Below are positions 48,045 to 61,590 of a DNA stretch of 64,000 bases, one piece after another; positions within the stretch are counted from its first letter, which is position 1; each line of letters begins with the position of its first letter. Below the pieces are notes generated by a model. That model was not told where the DNA came from. It made no database searches and worked only from the letters and a program-made list of their open reading frames with translations. The translations under genes were made by a program, and so were the position numbers. The DNA comes from Mobula hypostoma (taxonomy: Eukaryota): assembly GCF_963921235.1 (NCBI RefSeq), contig NC_086097.1, forward strand, positions 162,628,001 to 162,692,000. The letters are read 5' to 3'.

Positions 48045-49122
48045 ATAGACAATAGGTGCAGGAGTAGGCCATTCAGCCCTTCAAGCCAGCACCACCATTC
48101 ACTGTGATCATGGCTGATCATCCACAATCAGTACCCTGTTCCTGCCTTCTCCCCATATCCCTTGACTCCACTATCTTTAAGAGCTCTATCTAACTCTTTC
48201 CTGAAAGCATCCAGAGAATTGGCATCCACTGCCTTCTGAGGCAGAGCATTCCACAGATCCACAACTCTCTGGGTGAAATAGTTTTTCCTCAACTCCGTTC
48301 TAAATGGCCTACCCTTCAGTCTTAAACTATGGCTTCTGGTTCCAGACTTCCCCAACATCGGGAACATGTTTCCTGCCTGCAGCGTGTCCAATCCCTTAAT
48401 AATCTTATATGTTTCAATGAGATCCCCTCTCATCCTTCTAAATTCCAGTGTATACAAGCCCAGTTGCTCCAGTCTTTCGACAGATTACAGTCCTGCCATC
48501 CTGGGAATTAACCTCGTGAACCTACGCTGCACTCCCTCCATAGCAAGAATGTCCTTCCTCAAATTTGGAGACCAAAACTGCACACAATACTCCAGGTGTG
48601 GTCTCACAAGGGCCCTGTACGACTGCAGAAGGACCTCTTTGCTCCTTTACTCAATTCCCCTTGTTATGAAGGCCAACATGCCATTAGCTTTCTTCACTGC
48701 CTGCTGTACCTGCATGCTTACTTTCAGTGAGTGATGAACAAGGACACCTAGATCTCGTTGTACTTCCCCTTTTCCTAACTTGACACCATTCAGATAGTAA
48801 TCTGCCTTCCAGTTCTTGTCACCAAAGTGGATAACCTCACATTTATCCACATTAAACTGCATCTGCCATGCATTTGCCCATTCCCCCAACCTGTCCAAGT
48901 CACCCTGCATTCTCATAACATCCTCCTCATATTTCACACTGCCACCCAGCTTTGTGTCATCTGCAAATTTGCTAATGTTTCTTTTAATCCCTTCATCTAA
49001 ATCATTAATGTATATTGTAAATTGCTGTGGTCCCAGCACTGAACCTTGCGGTACCCCACTGGCTCGGTGCTGGGACCACAGCTATTTACAATATACATAA
49101 ATGATTTAGATGAAGGGATTAA
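48045..49122 (-). mobile_element. Young CR1-like LINE, 5'-truncated, with inverted duplication at its 5' end
   Basis: Long open RT fragments (ORFs 48647-49039 and 48128-48457); tail aatagacaataggtgcagg; inverted repeat 48984-49042 / 49064-49122. Confidence 0.92.
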
Positions 49123-49749
49123 TTTAGTTAGATTAAGGGATTACAAAATTAACTTTTCCTCATAACTCAGCTCCCTATCTATTGTTGGATATCAGCCACA
49201 CACATAGATACACTAAAAACAGAATGTTTATGCTTAAAGATGCACTGCAGTATATCTTTATCTTTCACCATGGACATTCTGTTCTCTATGCACCTTGTGC
49301 CTCAGAATTGGATTGCATCCATTTCTGTTTCTGTTTGCAGTGTTACCATTCGATCAGATTGCCTGTTTATTTGTAAGAACTAAAGCAGCAAGACTAGCCA
49401 AAGTCCTGTTTGAGCAGACATTGAGATAGTATATACCCAGGAACAAGGGTGGAAATGGAACCTCACTGAAGAAATTTAGTGCATTTGCTGACACATTACT
49501 GCATTGTGACCGGAGAGAGGTGATGGGTCTTGTAGGTGCACTCTACAGTACAGTCTCCGAGCAGACTCAGTAGCTGTCGTGGAAGGATTAGAGGCTGCTT
49601 GGGGCAGGAACCGAATTGCCAGAATCACTCGAAGGAATGTGCAACTGTAGCTCAGTGGGATACATAACCAGGAGGAAGGTGCTGTGTATTGATGGTGGCT
49701 GCTGGAGTGAGTGGTGGCCGTAAAAGTTCAGCAGGTTTGTTCAAAAATG

Positions 49750-50540
49750 AGAATTACTACACAGTGGATCAATGTGGAAAGAAATGTTGTGACTTCATAA
49801 GACATGCTGAGGTGATTTGTTCAACTGCGAGAATACAGATACTTGCTGAAATATTTTAATGAGGATGTCTAGATCTTTGGACTCCACTCGTCATGAAATT
49901 CAGAGAAATTGAAGCAAGTTATTCAAGCAGGGGTTAGTTCAGTGGTATGTTTTATACAATGCAAATGAGTGTACAAAGCAGTGGTGCTGTGAAGAGCCCA
50001 ATAATGTGCAAGTATTAAAAAAAAATGACTGGAGATTGGTCCAGAAGCATTTGGCACACACGTGTTACACACAATGTCCTGTTTTCTGAAACAGAAAGGT
50101 TATCTTGATCCAGTTTAAGTTATAGGTTTGGGACAAGAAGGTCAGAGGTTGGATGACACTGTCAGCCAGAACTTTGTTTCATTAAAGAACTTAACCTGGA
50201 AATGCAACTTTGATACATCTTTGGTTTGTGCCTTCTGTAAGAGGTTTGTAGATGACAAATTCAGGCTGTTGAGCATGTAAACTTTTGAGCTTGATCATAC
50301 AGTGGAATAGTTGTGATAATGGAAAGTGCGTCCAAGAATGCTGCGGAATTCTGTCTATCCATGCAGCTGGAATAATTGTGATCAGACAGTGGCAGCAAAT
50401 TCAAAGGCTAATTAGAAACTGCTGGCATGTGAGTAAGATCAATTCAATTGGTTGCCATTGTCAAAGTAGAACAGCCAAATGTTTCATTTATAGAAAGGAA
50501 GGTCACATTTTCACTTTGTGCAAATCCAAAGATGAGAAGG
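49750..50540 (+). pseudogene. Very old Gypsy gag remnant
   Basis: About 50118-50250 reads SYRFGTR/QRLDDTVSQNFVSLKNLTWKCNF..RFV (capsid-like). ORF 50285-50581 has C.SRTAKCFIYRKEGHI..LCKSK (decayed zinc knuckle). No LTRs identified. Confidence 0.55.
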
Positions 50541-51814
50541 AGAAAAAGAAAAACTTCAGTGGCTGTTCAAATCTGAGTTGAATAAGTGATATACATGAGG
50601 TTCCCTATGGTGCAAGTCACTAAAATATTACAAGGGATGAACTATTACTCATGTAATCAAAATGATCTGTTGATTACAATAAGCATGGGTGAGGAAACTC
50701 TATTTTGGAAGAAAATATTCAAGAAATTACAGGAGCATAATGAGAGGTTGGAATAAAAAAAAGGTGCATTTGTAATAGGGACTGGTATCTGTTGATTTGA
50801 AGGTTAGTATCAAAAATCTAAACCAGGGAAGGAAAAATTAGCGTCATTGCCAATATAAAATGCAAAATTATAATGCATCTCTGGTCTATTCAGGGAGACC
50901 TTCATTTTAGCAATGTACTGTATGCTGCTACTGTGATATTGGATCCCAATTCTGCAATTCTTATGATGGGGGCATCATTGCAAAAGTGAGAAATCCTTCA
51001 CTTTCAGGACCAGTCTACAAACAAGACAAAGTAATGTTGGGACTCCAAACAGACAGAGATGTTCTGTTGCAGCTGTTACAGAGCTGAAAATGAGTGCAAT
51101 CTAGGTGATAAATGTGCTTGATGAGGAATTTCTAATAACTGCAGATGATATAGGTCAAGATTTTGTAAATGTCTCATGAACATGCATTGAATAGGTGGTC
51201 AGAGGTTGACCAGTGCAGAGATGAAGAGGCATTAGACAATCATTTCAATGAGTTGTGAACTGAGCAGGAGGGGATCAAGTAGAATCATGCTGTGATCGTA
51301 CCTGCTTCTTAGAGAGCAAATATTTTGGCAACAAAGTTACAAGATAAGGAACCAATCATTTAAAATCAAGGTATGCCAAAATTTCTTCCTGCACAGAGTA
51401 TCAAATCTGTGGAGGGTTATGGAGGCTGGCTAATTGGAAGTATTTGAAGTGGAGGTAGATAAATGTCTGAAGGGTTGAGGGCTTGAGGCTATGTGTATCT
51501 GGCACAGATGTGGATTTGAGCCCGGAGAGATCAGTTATGCTCTCATTGAGCAGCAGGACACGCTTGTGGGACTGAGTGGCCAAATCCTGCTTCTACTTCC
51601 TTGTGTTGTTGTGAAAATCATTTGAGGTATTCAGTCTTTATTTGCCTTCCTTCAACATGCATTTCACTGTTGTGGCACTGAGTGAAAACCCCAACAAATC
51701 ATAGGATTATATGACACAGAAGAGAGTCTTTGAAACCCGCCTTGTCCATGCTGACCATGGTGCTTATTAAGCTAGACCATTTTGCCAACTCTCTGCATCT
51801 TTCTAATTGAAGCA

Positions 51815-54800
51815 GAATCATAGAATAGAGTTTAGAACACTACAACCATCTATTCCTTACCAAACAACTAATCTGCCTAATCCCATTGACCTGCACCTGA
51901 CCATAGCCCTCCATACCCCTCTCATCCCTGTACCTATCTAAATTTTTCCTAAGTATTGAAATTGAACTTGCATCTCCAACTTTCGCTGGCATCTCATTCC
52001 ACACTCTGGTCACCCTCTGAGTGAAGAAATTCCTCATGAAACCAATAAATACTTCACCTTTCACTCCTTACTCTTAAGTACTAATTCTCGTCTCACCCAA
52101 CCTTAGTGGAAAAAGCCTGCTTGCATTTACCCTATCTGTACATCTCATAATTTTGTCTACCTCTATTGATTTCTCCTCATTCTTCTATGCTCTAGGCATA
52201 ACGTCCTAACTTATTCAACCTTTCCCTATGACTCAGCTGCTGAAATCCTGGCAACGTCCTTGCAAATTTTCAATGCACTTTTTCAATCTTACTGATATCT
52301 TTCCTCAAGTTAGGTGACCAAAACTGCACACACAATACTCCAAACTGGAGTATTTAAACTAATTTGGTAGGCAGGTGGGAATCAGAATGATAGAATTGAG
52401 GATAAGGATGTTGGTTTACAAGTAGAGGCAATGTATGATGAGACTGTCACGAAGCACAGACAGATGACTGGGCAAAATTGCATTCAGTGAGATAGGTTGC
52501 GGTGTAAAAGGGGGACAAAACTGAAAAGGGTGATAAGTACAGGACTGAAGGTATTATAGTTGAAAGCACACAGTTTCCGAAATAAGGTAGATAATCTTAT
52601 ACTGCAGATAGAGATTGACAGGTACCATGTTGAGGATGTCATGGAGTCATGGCTGAAAGACTATTGTAGTTGGGAGCTTAATATCCAACAGCACCCAATC
52701 GAAAGGACAAGTAGATAGGCAAAGGAGGAAGAGCTGCTCTGCAGGTAAAAAATAAAATCAAATCTTTAGAAAGGGGGGGGCATAGGATTGGAAGACGTAG
52801 CATCCTTGTGGGTAGAGTTAAGAAACTGCAAGGGTAAGAACTCTCTGATGGGAGTTACTTAAAGGCCTCCAATCAGTAATCGAGAAGTGGTCTACAAATA
52901 GAAGTATGTCAAAAAGGCAATGTTACATTAGTCATGGGGGATTTCAATGTGCAGATAGAAAATCAAGATGATGCTTATCCCAAGAGAGAGAATTTGTGGA
53001 ATGCCTCCAAGATGGCTTTTTGGAGCAGCTTGTGGTTGAGCCCACTCGAGGTTTAGTAATTCTGGATTGAATGTTGTGCAATGAACCAGATATGATTAGG
53101 GAGCTTAAGATAAAGGAGCCCTTGGGAAATGGTGAGCATAATATGATAGAATTTACCATGCAGTTTGGGAAGAAGAAGCTAAAGTGAGATTTATTATTAT
53201 TATAGTGGTGTAAAGGGAATTAGGGGCACGAGAAAGGAGCTGGCCAAAGTTGATTGGAAGGGAACACTAACAGGGATGATGCCAGAGAATCGATGGTTGG
53301 AGCTTCTGGGTGCAATTCGGAAGGTTTGGGACAGATACATCCCAAAGAATAGGAGGTATACTAAAGGCGGGATGACACAACCATGGCTGACAAGGGAAGT
53401 CAAAGCCATCATAAAAGCAAAAGAGAGGGCATATAATAGAGCAAAATTTAGTGGGAAGTTGGAGAACTGGGAAATATTTAAAAACCAACAGAAGCAACTA
53501 AAAAACCATAAGGGGGGAAAGATAAAATATGAAGGTAGGCTAGTCGATATTATAAAAAAATTATGCCAAAGGTTTTTTCAGATAAATAAAGAGTAAAATA
53601 GAGGCAAGAGTAGATATTGGACACTGGAAAATGATGCTGGAGAAATAGGTAAGGGGTACAAGGAAATGGCAGACTAACGGAATAAGTATTTTGAATCAGT
53701 CTTCACTGTGGAAGGCATTAGTTCAATAGTGTTAAGGGTCAGAAGTGTGTGCAGTTGCTATTACTTGGGAGGTGGTGCTTGGGGAAACTGAAAGGTCTCA
53801 AGGTAAACAAGTCACCTGGATCTGATGGACTACACCCCCCCAGGGTTCTAAAAGTGGTAGATGAAGAGATTGTAGGGCATTAGTAATAATCTTTCAAGAA
53901 CCTCTAGGTTCTGGCATGGTTCTGGAGGACTGGAAAATTGCAAATGTCACTCCACTCTTCAAGAAAGGAAGAAGACAGAAGAAAGGAAATTATAGGCCAG
54001 TTAGTCTGACCTCAGTGATTGGGACGATGTTGGAGCTGCTTGTTAAGGATGTAGTTTTAGGATACTTGAGGCATATGACAAAATAGGTTGTAGTCAGCAT
54101 GGTTTCCTTAAGAGAAAATCTTGTCTGAGAAATATATTGGAATTCTTTAAAGAAACAACAAACAGGATAGTGTCCTTGGATTTTCAGAAGGCCTTTGACA
54201 AAGTGCCGCACTTGAGGCTGCTAAACAAAATAAGAGGCCAGGGTATTACAGGAAAAATAGGAAACATGGATAGAGCTTTGGCTGATTTGCAGGAAGCAAA
54301 TAGTGGGAATAAAGGGATTTTTTTTCTTTGGTTTGGCTGCCAGTAACTAGTGGTGTTCCACAGGGGTGTGTGTTAGGACTGCATCTTTTTACACTGTATG
54401 CCAGTGATTTGGTTGGGAAATTGGTTGCTTTGTAGCCAGGTTTGCAGATAATATGAAGATGGGTGGAGGGGCAGGTAGGCGTTGAGGAAGCAGAGAGGTT
54501 GTGGAATGGCTTAGATTAGGAGAATGGGCAAAGGGGTGGCAGATGGAATACAATGTTGGGAAGTATATGGTCATACACTTTGGTAGAAGGAATAAAACCA
54601 TAAACTATTTTCTAAACTGGGAGAAAATTCAAAAATTCAAGTTGCAGAGGTGACTTGGGAGTCCTTGTGCAGGATTTCCTAAAACTTTGATTACAGGTTG
54701 AATCGGTGGTGAGAAAAGCAAATGCAATGTTAACATTAATTTCAAGAGAAGTAGAATATTTTTTAAAAGTATGTAATGCTGAGGCTTTGTAAAGTACGGG

Positions 54801-56995
54801 TGAGGCCTCACCTGGAGTATTGTGAGTAATTTTGGGTCCCTTATTTAAGAAGGGATGTGCTGACATTGGAGGGGGTTCAGAGGAGGTTCATGAAAATGAT
54901 TCCAGGAAAGGTTCATTATATGAGCAGCGATCGAAGTCTCTAGGTCTGTACTTGTTGGAATTCAGGAGAATGAAGGAGGATCTCATTGAAACCTATTGAA
55001 TTTGAGAGACTTAGTGTGGTTGTGAAAGGGGTGTTTCCTTTGGTGGGGGTGTCTAGGACCAGAGGGCACAGCCTCAAAATCAAGAGATGTCCATTTAGAA
55101 CAAGGATGAGGAAGAACTTCTTTAGTCAGAGGGTGGTGAATCTGTGGAATTCATTGCCACATGTGGCTGTGGAGGCCAGGTCACTGGGTGTACTGAAGGT
55201 GCAGGTTGATAGGTTCTTGATTAGTCAGGGCCTGAAAGGCTATGGGGAGAAGGCAGGAGATTGTGCTTGAGAGGGAAATAGATTAGCCATGATGAAATGG
55301 TGGAGCAGATACGATGGGCCGACTGGTCCAATTCTGCTCCTATGTCTTATGATCTTATGGCCTAAATTAGGCCTCACCAAGGTCTGAAACAACTTCAATA
55401 TAACATCCCAACTACTGTACTGAATACTTTAATTTATGAAGGTCAAAGTGACAAAAGCTTTCTTTATGACCCTATCTACCTGTGATGCCACTTTCAAGGA
55501 ATTATGGATTTGCATTCACCAATCCCTCTGTTCTACCACACTCCTCAGTGCCCTACCACTCACTGTGTAGGGCCTACCCAAAGAGCAACACCTCACACTT
55601 GTCTGCATTAAATTCCATGTGCCATTTTCAGTCCTTTTGTCCAGCTTGTCCAAGTCCTTCTACAAGCTTTGATGGTCTTCCTTCCTGTCCACTACACCCT
55701 GGTCTTGGTGGCATCCGCAGATTTGCTGATCGAGTTTACCACATTATCAAGCTGATTATTGATATATTTGACAAACAACAACAGACTCGGCACCAATCCC
55801 TATGGCACACCACTAGTCACAGACCTACACTCAGAGAGGCAACCATTTACTACCACCCTCCGGCTTCTCCTGTGAAGCCAATGTCTAATCCAATTTACTA
55901 CCTCACAGTTAAACCCAATTTTCTGAACCTTCCTGATCAAACTCAAAGGCCTTGCTGGAATCTATATAGACGACATCCACTGCTGTTGCTTTATCAGTTT
56001 TCCTGGTAACTTCCTCGAAAAAAGCTATAAACTGGTTAGGCATGATGTACCAGGTGCAAACAATGTTGACTATCCCTAATTAATTGCTGTCTATCCAAAT
56101 ATATCTGGTTCCTTAGAATAAATTGCAATGACTTGCCCACTCCTGATGTCCGGCTCACCGGCCTATAATTTCCTGGCTTGTTCTTAGAGACTTCCTTAAA
56201 TAACGGAACATTATTAGCTATCCTTCAATGTTTCTGCACCTTACCTGTTGCTAAGCATGTTGTAAGTATCTCTGCTAAGGCTGATACAATTTGTGCATAA
56301 GCCTCCCACAGTCTGACGGAACACATTGTCAGGCCCTGGGGATTCATCCACCATAATTTGCCTGAAGCTAGCAAACACCTCCTCTTCCTGTAATTTGTAT
56401 TGGCTCCATGCCCTCACTCTTGCTTTGTCTCACTTCTCTGGACTCTGGCTATCTCCTGAGTAAATACAGATGCAGAAAATTAATTTAAGATCTCCCCCAA
56501 CCTCTCTCAGCTCCATGCACAGATGACCATGCTGGTCTTCAAGATGGCTATTTTTATTCATTGCTATCCTTTTGTTTTTAATATTTCTGTAGAAGCCCTT
56601 GGGATTTTCCTTCACCTTGTCTGCTAGAAGAGCTTCATGCCTTCTTTTAGCCCTCTTGATTTTCTCCTTAAGTGTTCTCTTGCATTTCTTGTAGTCCTCA
56701 AATAGCCCGTTTGCTCCTTCCTGCCTACACCTACTATACACCTCCTCCTTTTTCTTAACTAGGGCTCAATATCTTTTGAAAACCAAGGTTGCCTCACTCT
56801 GTTATCCTTGCCTTTTATTCTAATAGGAACATTTAAACTCCATACTCCCAAAATTTCACCTTTGAAGGCCTCCTACTTTCCAAACACAGCTCTGCTAGAA
56901 AACAACCTTTCCCAACCCACACTTGTCAGATCCTTTATGATACCATCAAAACTGTCTTTTCTCCAAATTTACAATCTCAACCTTGGGACCAGATC
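51815..56995 (-). mobile_element. CR1-like LINE (51815-52345 and 55363-56995) split by an opposite-strand CR1
   Basis: actgcacacacaatactccaaa (to 52344) continues as aaattaggcctcaccaa (55364 onward). ORFs 51840-52064 and 56430-56741 (KRAKRRHE..LADKVKENPKGFY). Confidence 0.85.
52346..55362 (+). mobile_element. CR1-like LINE remnant (endonuclease, RT, 3' UTR)
   Basis: VMGDFN near 52930, WKIANVTPLFKKG near 53930, LDFQKAFDKVPH (ORF 54137), RTRGHSLKI..SQRVVNLWNSLP (ORF 54986), tail ctcctatgtcttatgatcttatgg. Confidence 0.92.
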
Positions 56996-57694
56996 TCACT
57001 ATTCCTCCTTCGCCCTGTTTCTCTTTCTTTAATTGTAGTTTATCGTAATTTATTATGCCTGCACTGTAATGCTGCTGCAAAACAACAATTTTCCTGACTT
57101 ATGTCAGTGAAAACAAACCCATTTCTGATTCCTACAATGCTTTATGAGCTCACCTGTTTGCATACAGTAAAGTTTCACTGCTAAGTGATTCACCATTGGA
57201 AGCTCGTTCATGGTGCAGTTATCTTCATGTGTGTTTCTCATTGTAGCCAGTAGAAATAATGGAAGCTCTCTTGAAGCTGGGACTCTGAGAAGTGTAAGAT
57301 ATTCAAGGTCAAGGAGTACAAAGATAAATGTTAAATGGGATACCAGAGTTTTGGAACTTGCTAAGGGTGACACATGGAGCTGATTGTGAGTTTTTTCCCT
57401 CTCCCAAAAACAAGTGCCTTTTCAATAAGACTGCATTGGCAACTATGACTGAAGTGATAGTTGGGCAACTCACAACCACATTTCTGCAAATGTCGCTACC
57501 AAAAGACATGACTTATGGTCTGAAAACACCTTTTCCTAATTTTCCATGAAGATAAATGTCCCTTCACTATATTGACAAAAACAGTAAGGATGAGATGAGT
57601 GGGAAAGATGTTGAAGCTGCTTGAACTTGCTGTTAAGTAGTTAACTACAACCTTGCTGAATGATCCATCATATCCATTGTATTAGAACTCAAAA

Positions 57695-58020
57695 CGTACA
57701 GCAATATGAGGGAGGTGATGCATCAGTGGATGTTCTGCATTTTGAATGAGGCTTTAAGACTATGCCGTGCGAACTCTCAGGTGGATGGTAAATATTATTT
57801 GCCGCTATCTTAAAGTGTAAGCAAGTTATCCTGACGCTACGTCCACACCAGACCGGATAAATCCGTAACCAAAGCTTTTTCTCTTCGTTTTGATCCTCCG
57901 TCTTAATCAAAGTTTATCTCACAGTCAACATCACTAAGTTTGATTATGCATGAATTGTTTCTCTTGTCTTCTAAATTGCTCTGAGATTATATTTTATTAA
58001 CAAAGTGGTTTTGGATATAC
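57695..58020 (+). mobile_element. Ancient Deu-type SINE relic
   Basis: tgagggaggtgatgca..gaatgaggctttaa..ctctcaggtggatggtaaat..tttatctcacagtcaacatcactaa resembles the recalled Deu domain. Confidence 0.55.
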
Positions 58021-58084
58021 AGAAGTTGTCCCTTTGCACTAAAGTTAAAAGGGATCAAGATTGCATTTTTTGAGAAGCTTGCCA

Positions 58085-59098
58085 AAACCCAAGGTAACGC
58101 ACACAAAATGCTGGAGGAACTCAGCAGGGCAAGCAGCATCTATGGAAAAGAGTAAACAATCGACGTTTTAGCCCGAGACCCTTCATCAGGACTGGAAAGA
58201 ATGAGAAGTTGGGGGGAGGGGAGGAAGAAGTACGTGGTGGTGGGTGAAACTGAGAGAAGGGGAGAGGGTGAAATAAAAAGCTGGGAAGTTGATTGGTGAA
58301 GGGCTGGAGAAGGGAATCTGATGGATGATAGAAGACCATGGAAGAAAGGGAAGGAGGTGAAGCACTAGAGGGAGGTGATGGGTAGGTAAGGAAATGAGGT
58401 GAGTAGGGAAACAGGAATGGGGAATGATGAAGGGGGGTGGGCAATTACCAGAAGTTTGAGAAATTGATGTTCATGCCATCATGGCTACCCAGGTGGAATT
58501 TCAGTTACTGCTCCTCCAACCTGAGTGTGACCTCATCATGACAGTAGTGGAGGCCATGGACTGACCTGTTGAAATGGGAATGGTATGTAGAATCGAAATG
58601 GCTGGCCATCGGGAGACCCCACTTTTTCTGGGGGATGGAGTGTAGTTGCTCAGTGAAGCGGTCTCCCAGTCTACATCGGGTCTCACCGATATACAGGAGG
58701 CCACAGTGGAGCACCAGATATAGTAAATGACCCTCACCAGGCTCACAGATGAAGTGTCGCCTCACCTGGAAGGACTGATTGGGGCCCTGAATGGTAGTGT
58801 AGGGGCAGGTGTAGCACTTGTTCTGCTTTCAAGGATAAGTACCAGGAGGGAGATCAGTGGGGAGGGACGACTGGACAAGGGAGTCATGTAGGGACCTGCC
58901 ACCTTGTACTACTTCTTCCCATCCCCCCTCCCCCATCTTCTTATTTTGACTTTCTCTCTTTCTTTCCATTCCTGATGAAGGGTCATGGACCAACACGTCA
59001 ACTGTACTCTTCTCCATAGATGCTGCCTGGATTGCTGAGTTCCTCCAGTGTTTTGTGTGTGTTACCTTGGATTTCAAGCATCTGCATATTTCCTCGTG
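58085..59098 (-). mobile_element. Penelope-like element: GIY-YIG endonuclease remnant flanked by inverted pseudo-LTRs
   Basis: Frameshifted VIYYIWC / CGLLYIGETRCRLGDRFTEQL..ASHFDS..HGL..RLEEQ (ORFs 58501-58765). Termini at about 58085-58240 and 58895-59075 are reverse complements, each with a degenerate hammerhead core. Confidence 0.9.
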
Positions 59099-61184
59099 TC
59101 GGCAAAGCCCATGGTGCTTGTGCTCTGCCCCAGCTGCCAGACTACAGGTAGTGTGGTGCAGTAACACTGCAAAACCAACAATAGACTATTCCAATTTGTT
59201 TTAGGAATTTTTGCACCCAAATTATATTGATTGGTTTGAAAGGTGTCCTTATTTAATATATAAACAGACCTTTTATTTAGCTCAAACACACTGAGGTTGT
59301 GAACTTTTTGCATAAATTACAGACAATGCCTAGCTATTAATAGGATACTGTATAACACATGAAACATCCATGTAACCAAACTAGAGAAGACAATAATTCT
59401 GTCTTTGTTCTATTAATAGGCAAAAATAGCAAAACTAAAAAAGCACATTAAGAATGGTAAACACTTCCATATTCATCATCCAGAGTATATGGGCACAATT
59501 AACATTAACAATTCAAAGAAATAACACAGCTGCAGTTGGTAGAATCCCAAATGGAGCTTAAAATAAGTCAGAATTCCTTTTAAAGCTTGTGCCACAGTGC
59601 AATTTCATGGATATTTACAGCACTGTAAGGAATGGTGCAGACTTTGAAAAAGATGTCATTTTATAAGTTGGGGAAAAGCAGATTGAAATAGATCAACTGA
59701 AGTACAAAGTACGGGAAACTTGTACGTCAGTCAACAGCTGAAATATTTTGGGTATGGACCTTACACAAAAGATTTACACACAAAACATGAAGCATTCTTT
59801 TTCACCTCACTTGATTTGCAATGCACTTGAGTGACTGGATTTGCTTTCTCAATTTCACGATGGAAGTGCAATTGTCCATGGAGCCTCCTAAACGAAAGAG
59901 CACACTGAGAAGCTAATCACCAAAACCTTTGCCTCAGGAGCTGGTAAATGATGGGTCGAGCATTAAGTTCTTTTGAATTCCACCCCAAATTAGTTTTATT
60001 TCACTGCTGTTCAGATGGACTCGAATGTGTGGTTTGCTTTTAGTGCAAAGCTGCAATCCATTTAAACTGTAAAGGGGCAGCCATTAAGGTAATTCAAAAG
60101 ATGGTGAGAAAGTGAGATTAGTCTTGATTTTACCACATTAGTGTAATTGAACTGGAGAGAATGAGACCAGCAGCTGCATTGTAACACACTGTTATCCTGA
60201 TGAGATATAGTTGATCTCAATTAATTTGCTTCTGCTTTTGCCACAGGACAAAGGCTTGGCAGAATCTTTCCTGAAGGGCCAGTTTTTCTGATGAAGTGCT
60301 CTTTATGTTGAGGAAGCAGTTTAGTGGAGCCCATGGGAGTTGGGCCTGAATTTGTCTGATTAAAGCTGAGGCTGATAGGAGTATGGAGAGTGCTTTATAA
60401 AAGTGCTGGCAGAAATGCTGGCTGGAATGAAGAATGCAGAGCTTTATTTTTTGCAACATCTCTGATGGTGAGTGAAGGGGACATACGTGCTGCTTTTATC
60501 AGCTTGTGATGAAGTTTTGTTGTATATATGACATGCAAAGATTCTGAGAATAATCTATAATTGAAAATGTTGATCGGATATTATGTTGCAAATTGTATTA
60601 AAAATATAACAATTCAAGCTAGCCTGTTGGTAATGATTGACTTGGCAGTTTTTTTATGTTTATCTGTAATTGTGTGAACAGCATTGTAGTTAATATTAGG
60701 TTTTCAAATTTGTCTGAAGTGGAACATTGTCAAACTATTTATTGAGCTTTCGAGTTATTATGCATAAAATTTGTTCTGTTGTTTTGTGCAGAGGAGCTTT
60801 GAGATCTGATGTCCCTATTGAGGTATTTTAAATGACCTGGGGACAAAGGAGATGTGTGAGGCAAGTGTGTTTTTTCACAAAGTGGTAGGTTCCTGGAACA
60901 TTCTGCCAAGACAGCTAGTAGAAACAGAGATGATAGTGACGTTTTAGACAGAGACACTGATAAGCAGGGAACTGAGGGATATGGACTGTGCACACGTTGA
61001 TGGCATCATGTTTGGTGCAGGCAGAGTGGACCAAAGGACCTGCTTCTGTGCCGTACTTCTGTATGTTTGATGTTTTTACTTGGGTTGATTATGTATTAAA
61101 CAAACAAATGTAGCAAGGGAACAGGAATTGATGTAAGAGAGATGAGTAATTGTAGGGGAATGTGAATTTGATGTCAGCCGCAGC

Positions 61185-61590
61185 TTTGGAAGAATGAGAA
61201 GGGATCTTATAGAAATATTAAAACCATATAAAATTGTGAAAGGGATAGATAAGATAGAGGTGGGAATTGTTTCCACTGGCAAGTGAGACTAGAACGAGGG
61301 ACATTAATGTCAAGCTTTAAGGGAATAGATTTGGGAAGGAGATGAGGAGAAACTGCTTTTCTCAGTGTGTAGTGCAGCCGTGGAATTCTCTGTCCAGAGA
61401 AGCAGTAGAGCCTGCCTCACTAAATATATTTAAAACATGATTGGATAAATTCCCACATAGAGGGAAATTAAGGGTTATGGGAAAAGGCGGGTTGATGGAG
61501 CAGCATCCATGCCAGGTCAGTCATGATCTTAATTTCAGAGTAGGCTCGATAGGCCTTATAGCCTAGTTGTCCACCTATTTCTTATGTTCT
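61185..61590 (+). mobile_element. CR1-like LINE 3' end
   Basis: agaatgagaagggatcttatagaaat..gagactagaacgagggaca..tggaattctctg..tttcttatgttctta; same subfamily as 7397-7683. Confidence 0.85.

Noticed and set aside
55482..56009. 175-aa + strand ORF
   Set aside because: Antisense reading of a CR1 RT region.
57247..57293. 47-nt candidate exon
   Set aside because: Moderate splice sites only, with no independent support.
60247..60467. Acceptor ...ccacag and donor ATG|gtgagt about 220 nt apart
   Set aside because: Stops in all three frames; could be a non-coding exon but there is no supporting evidence.
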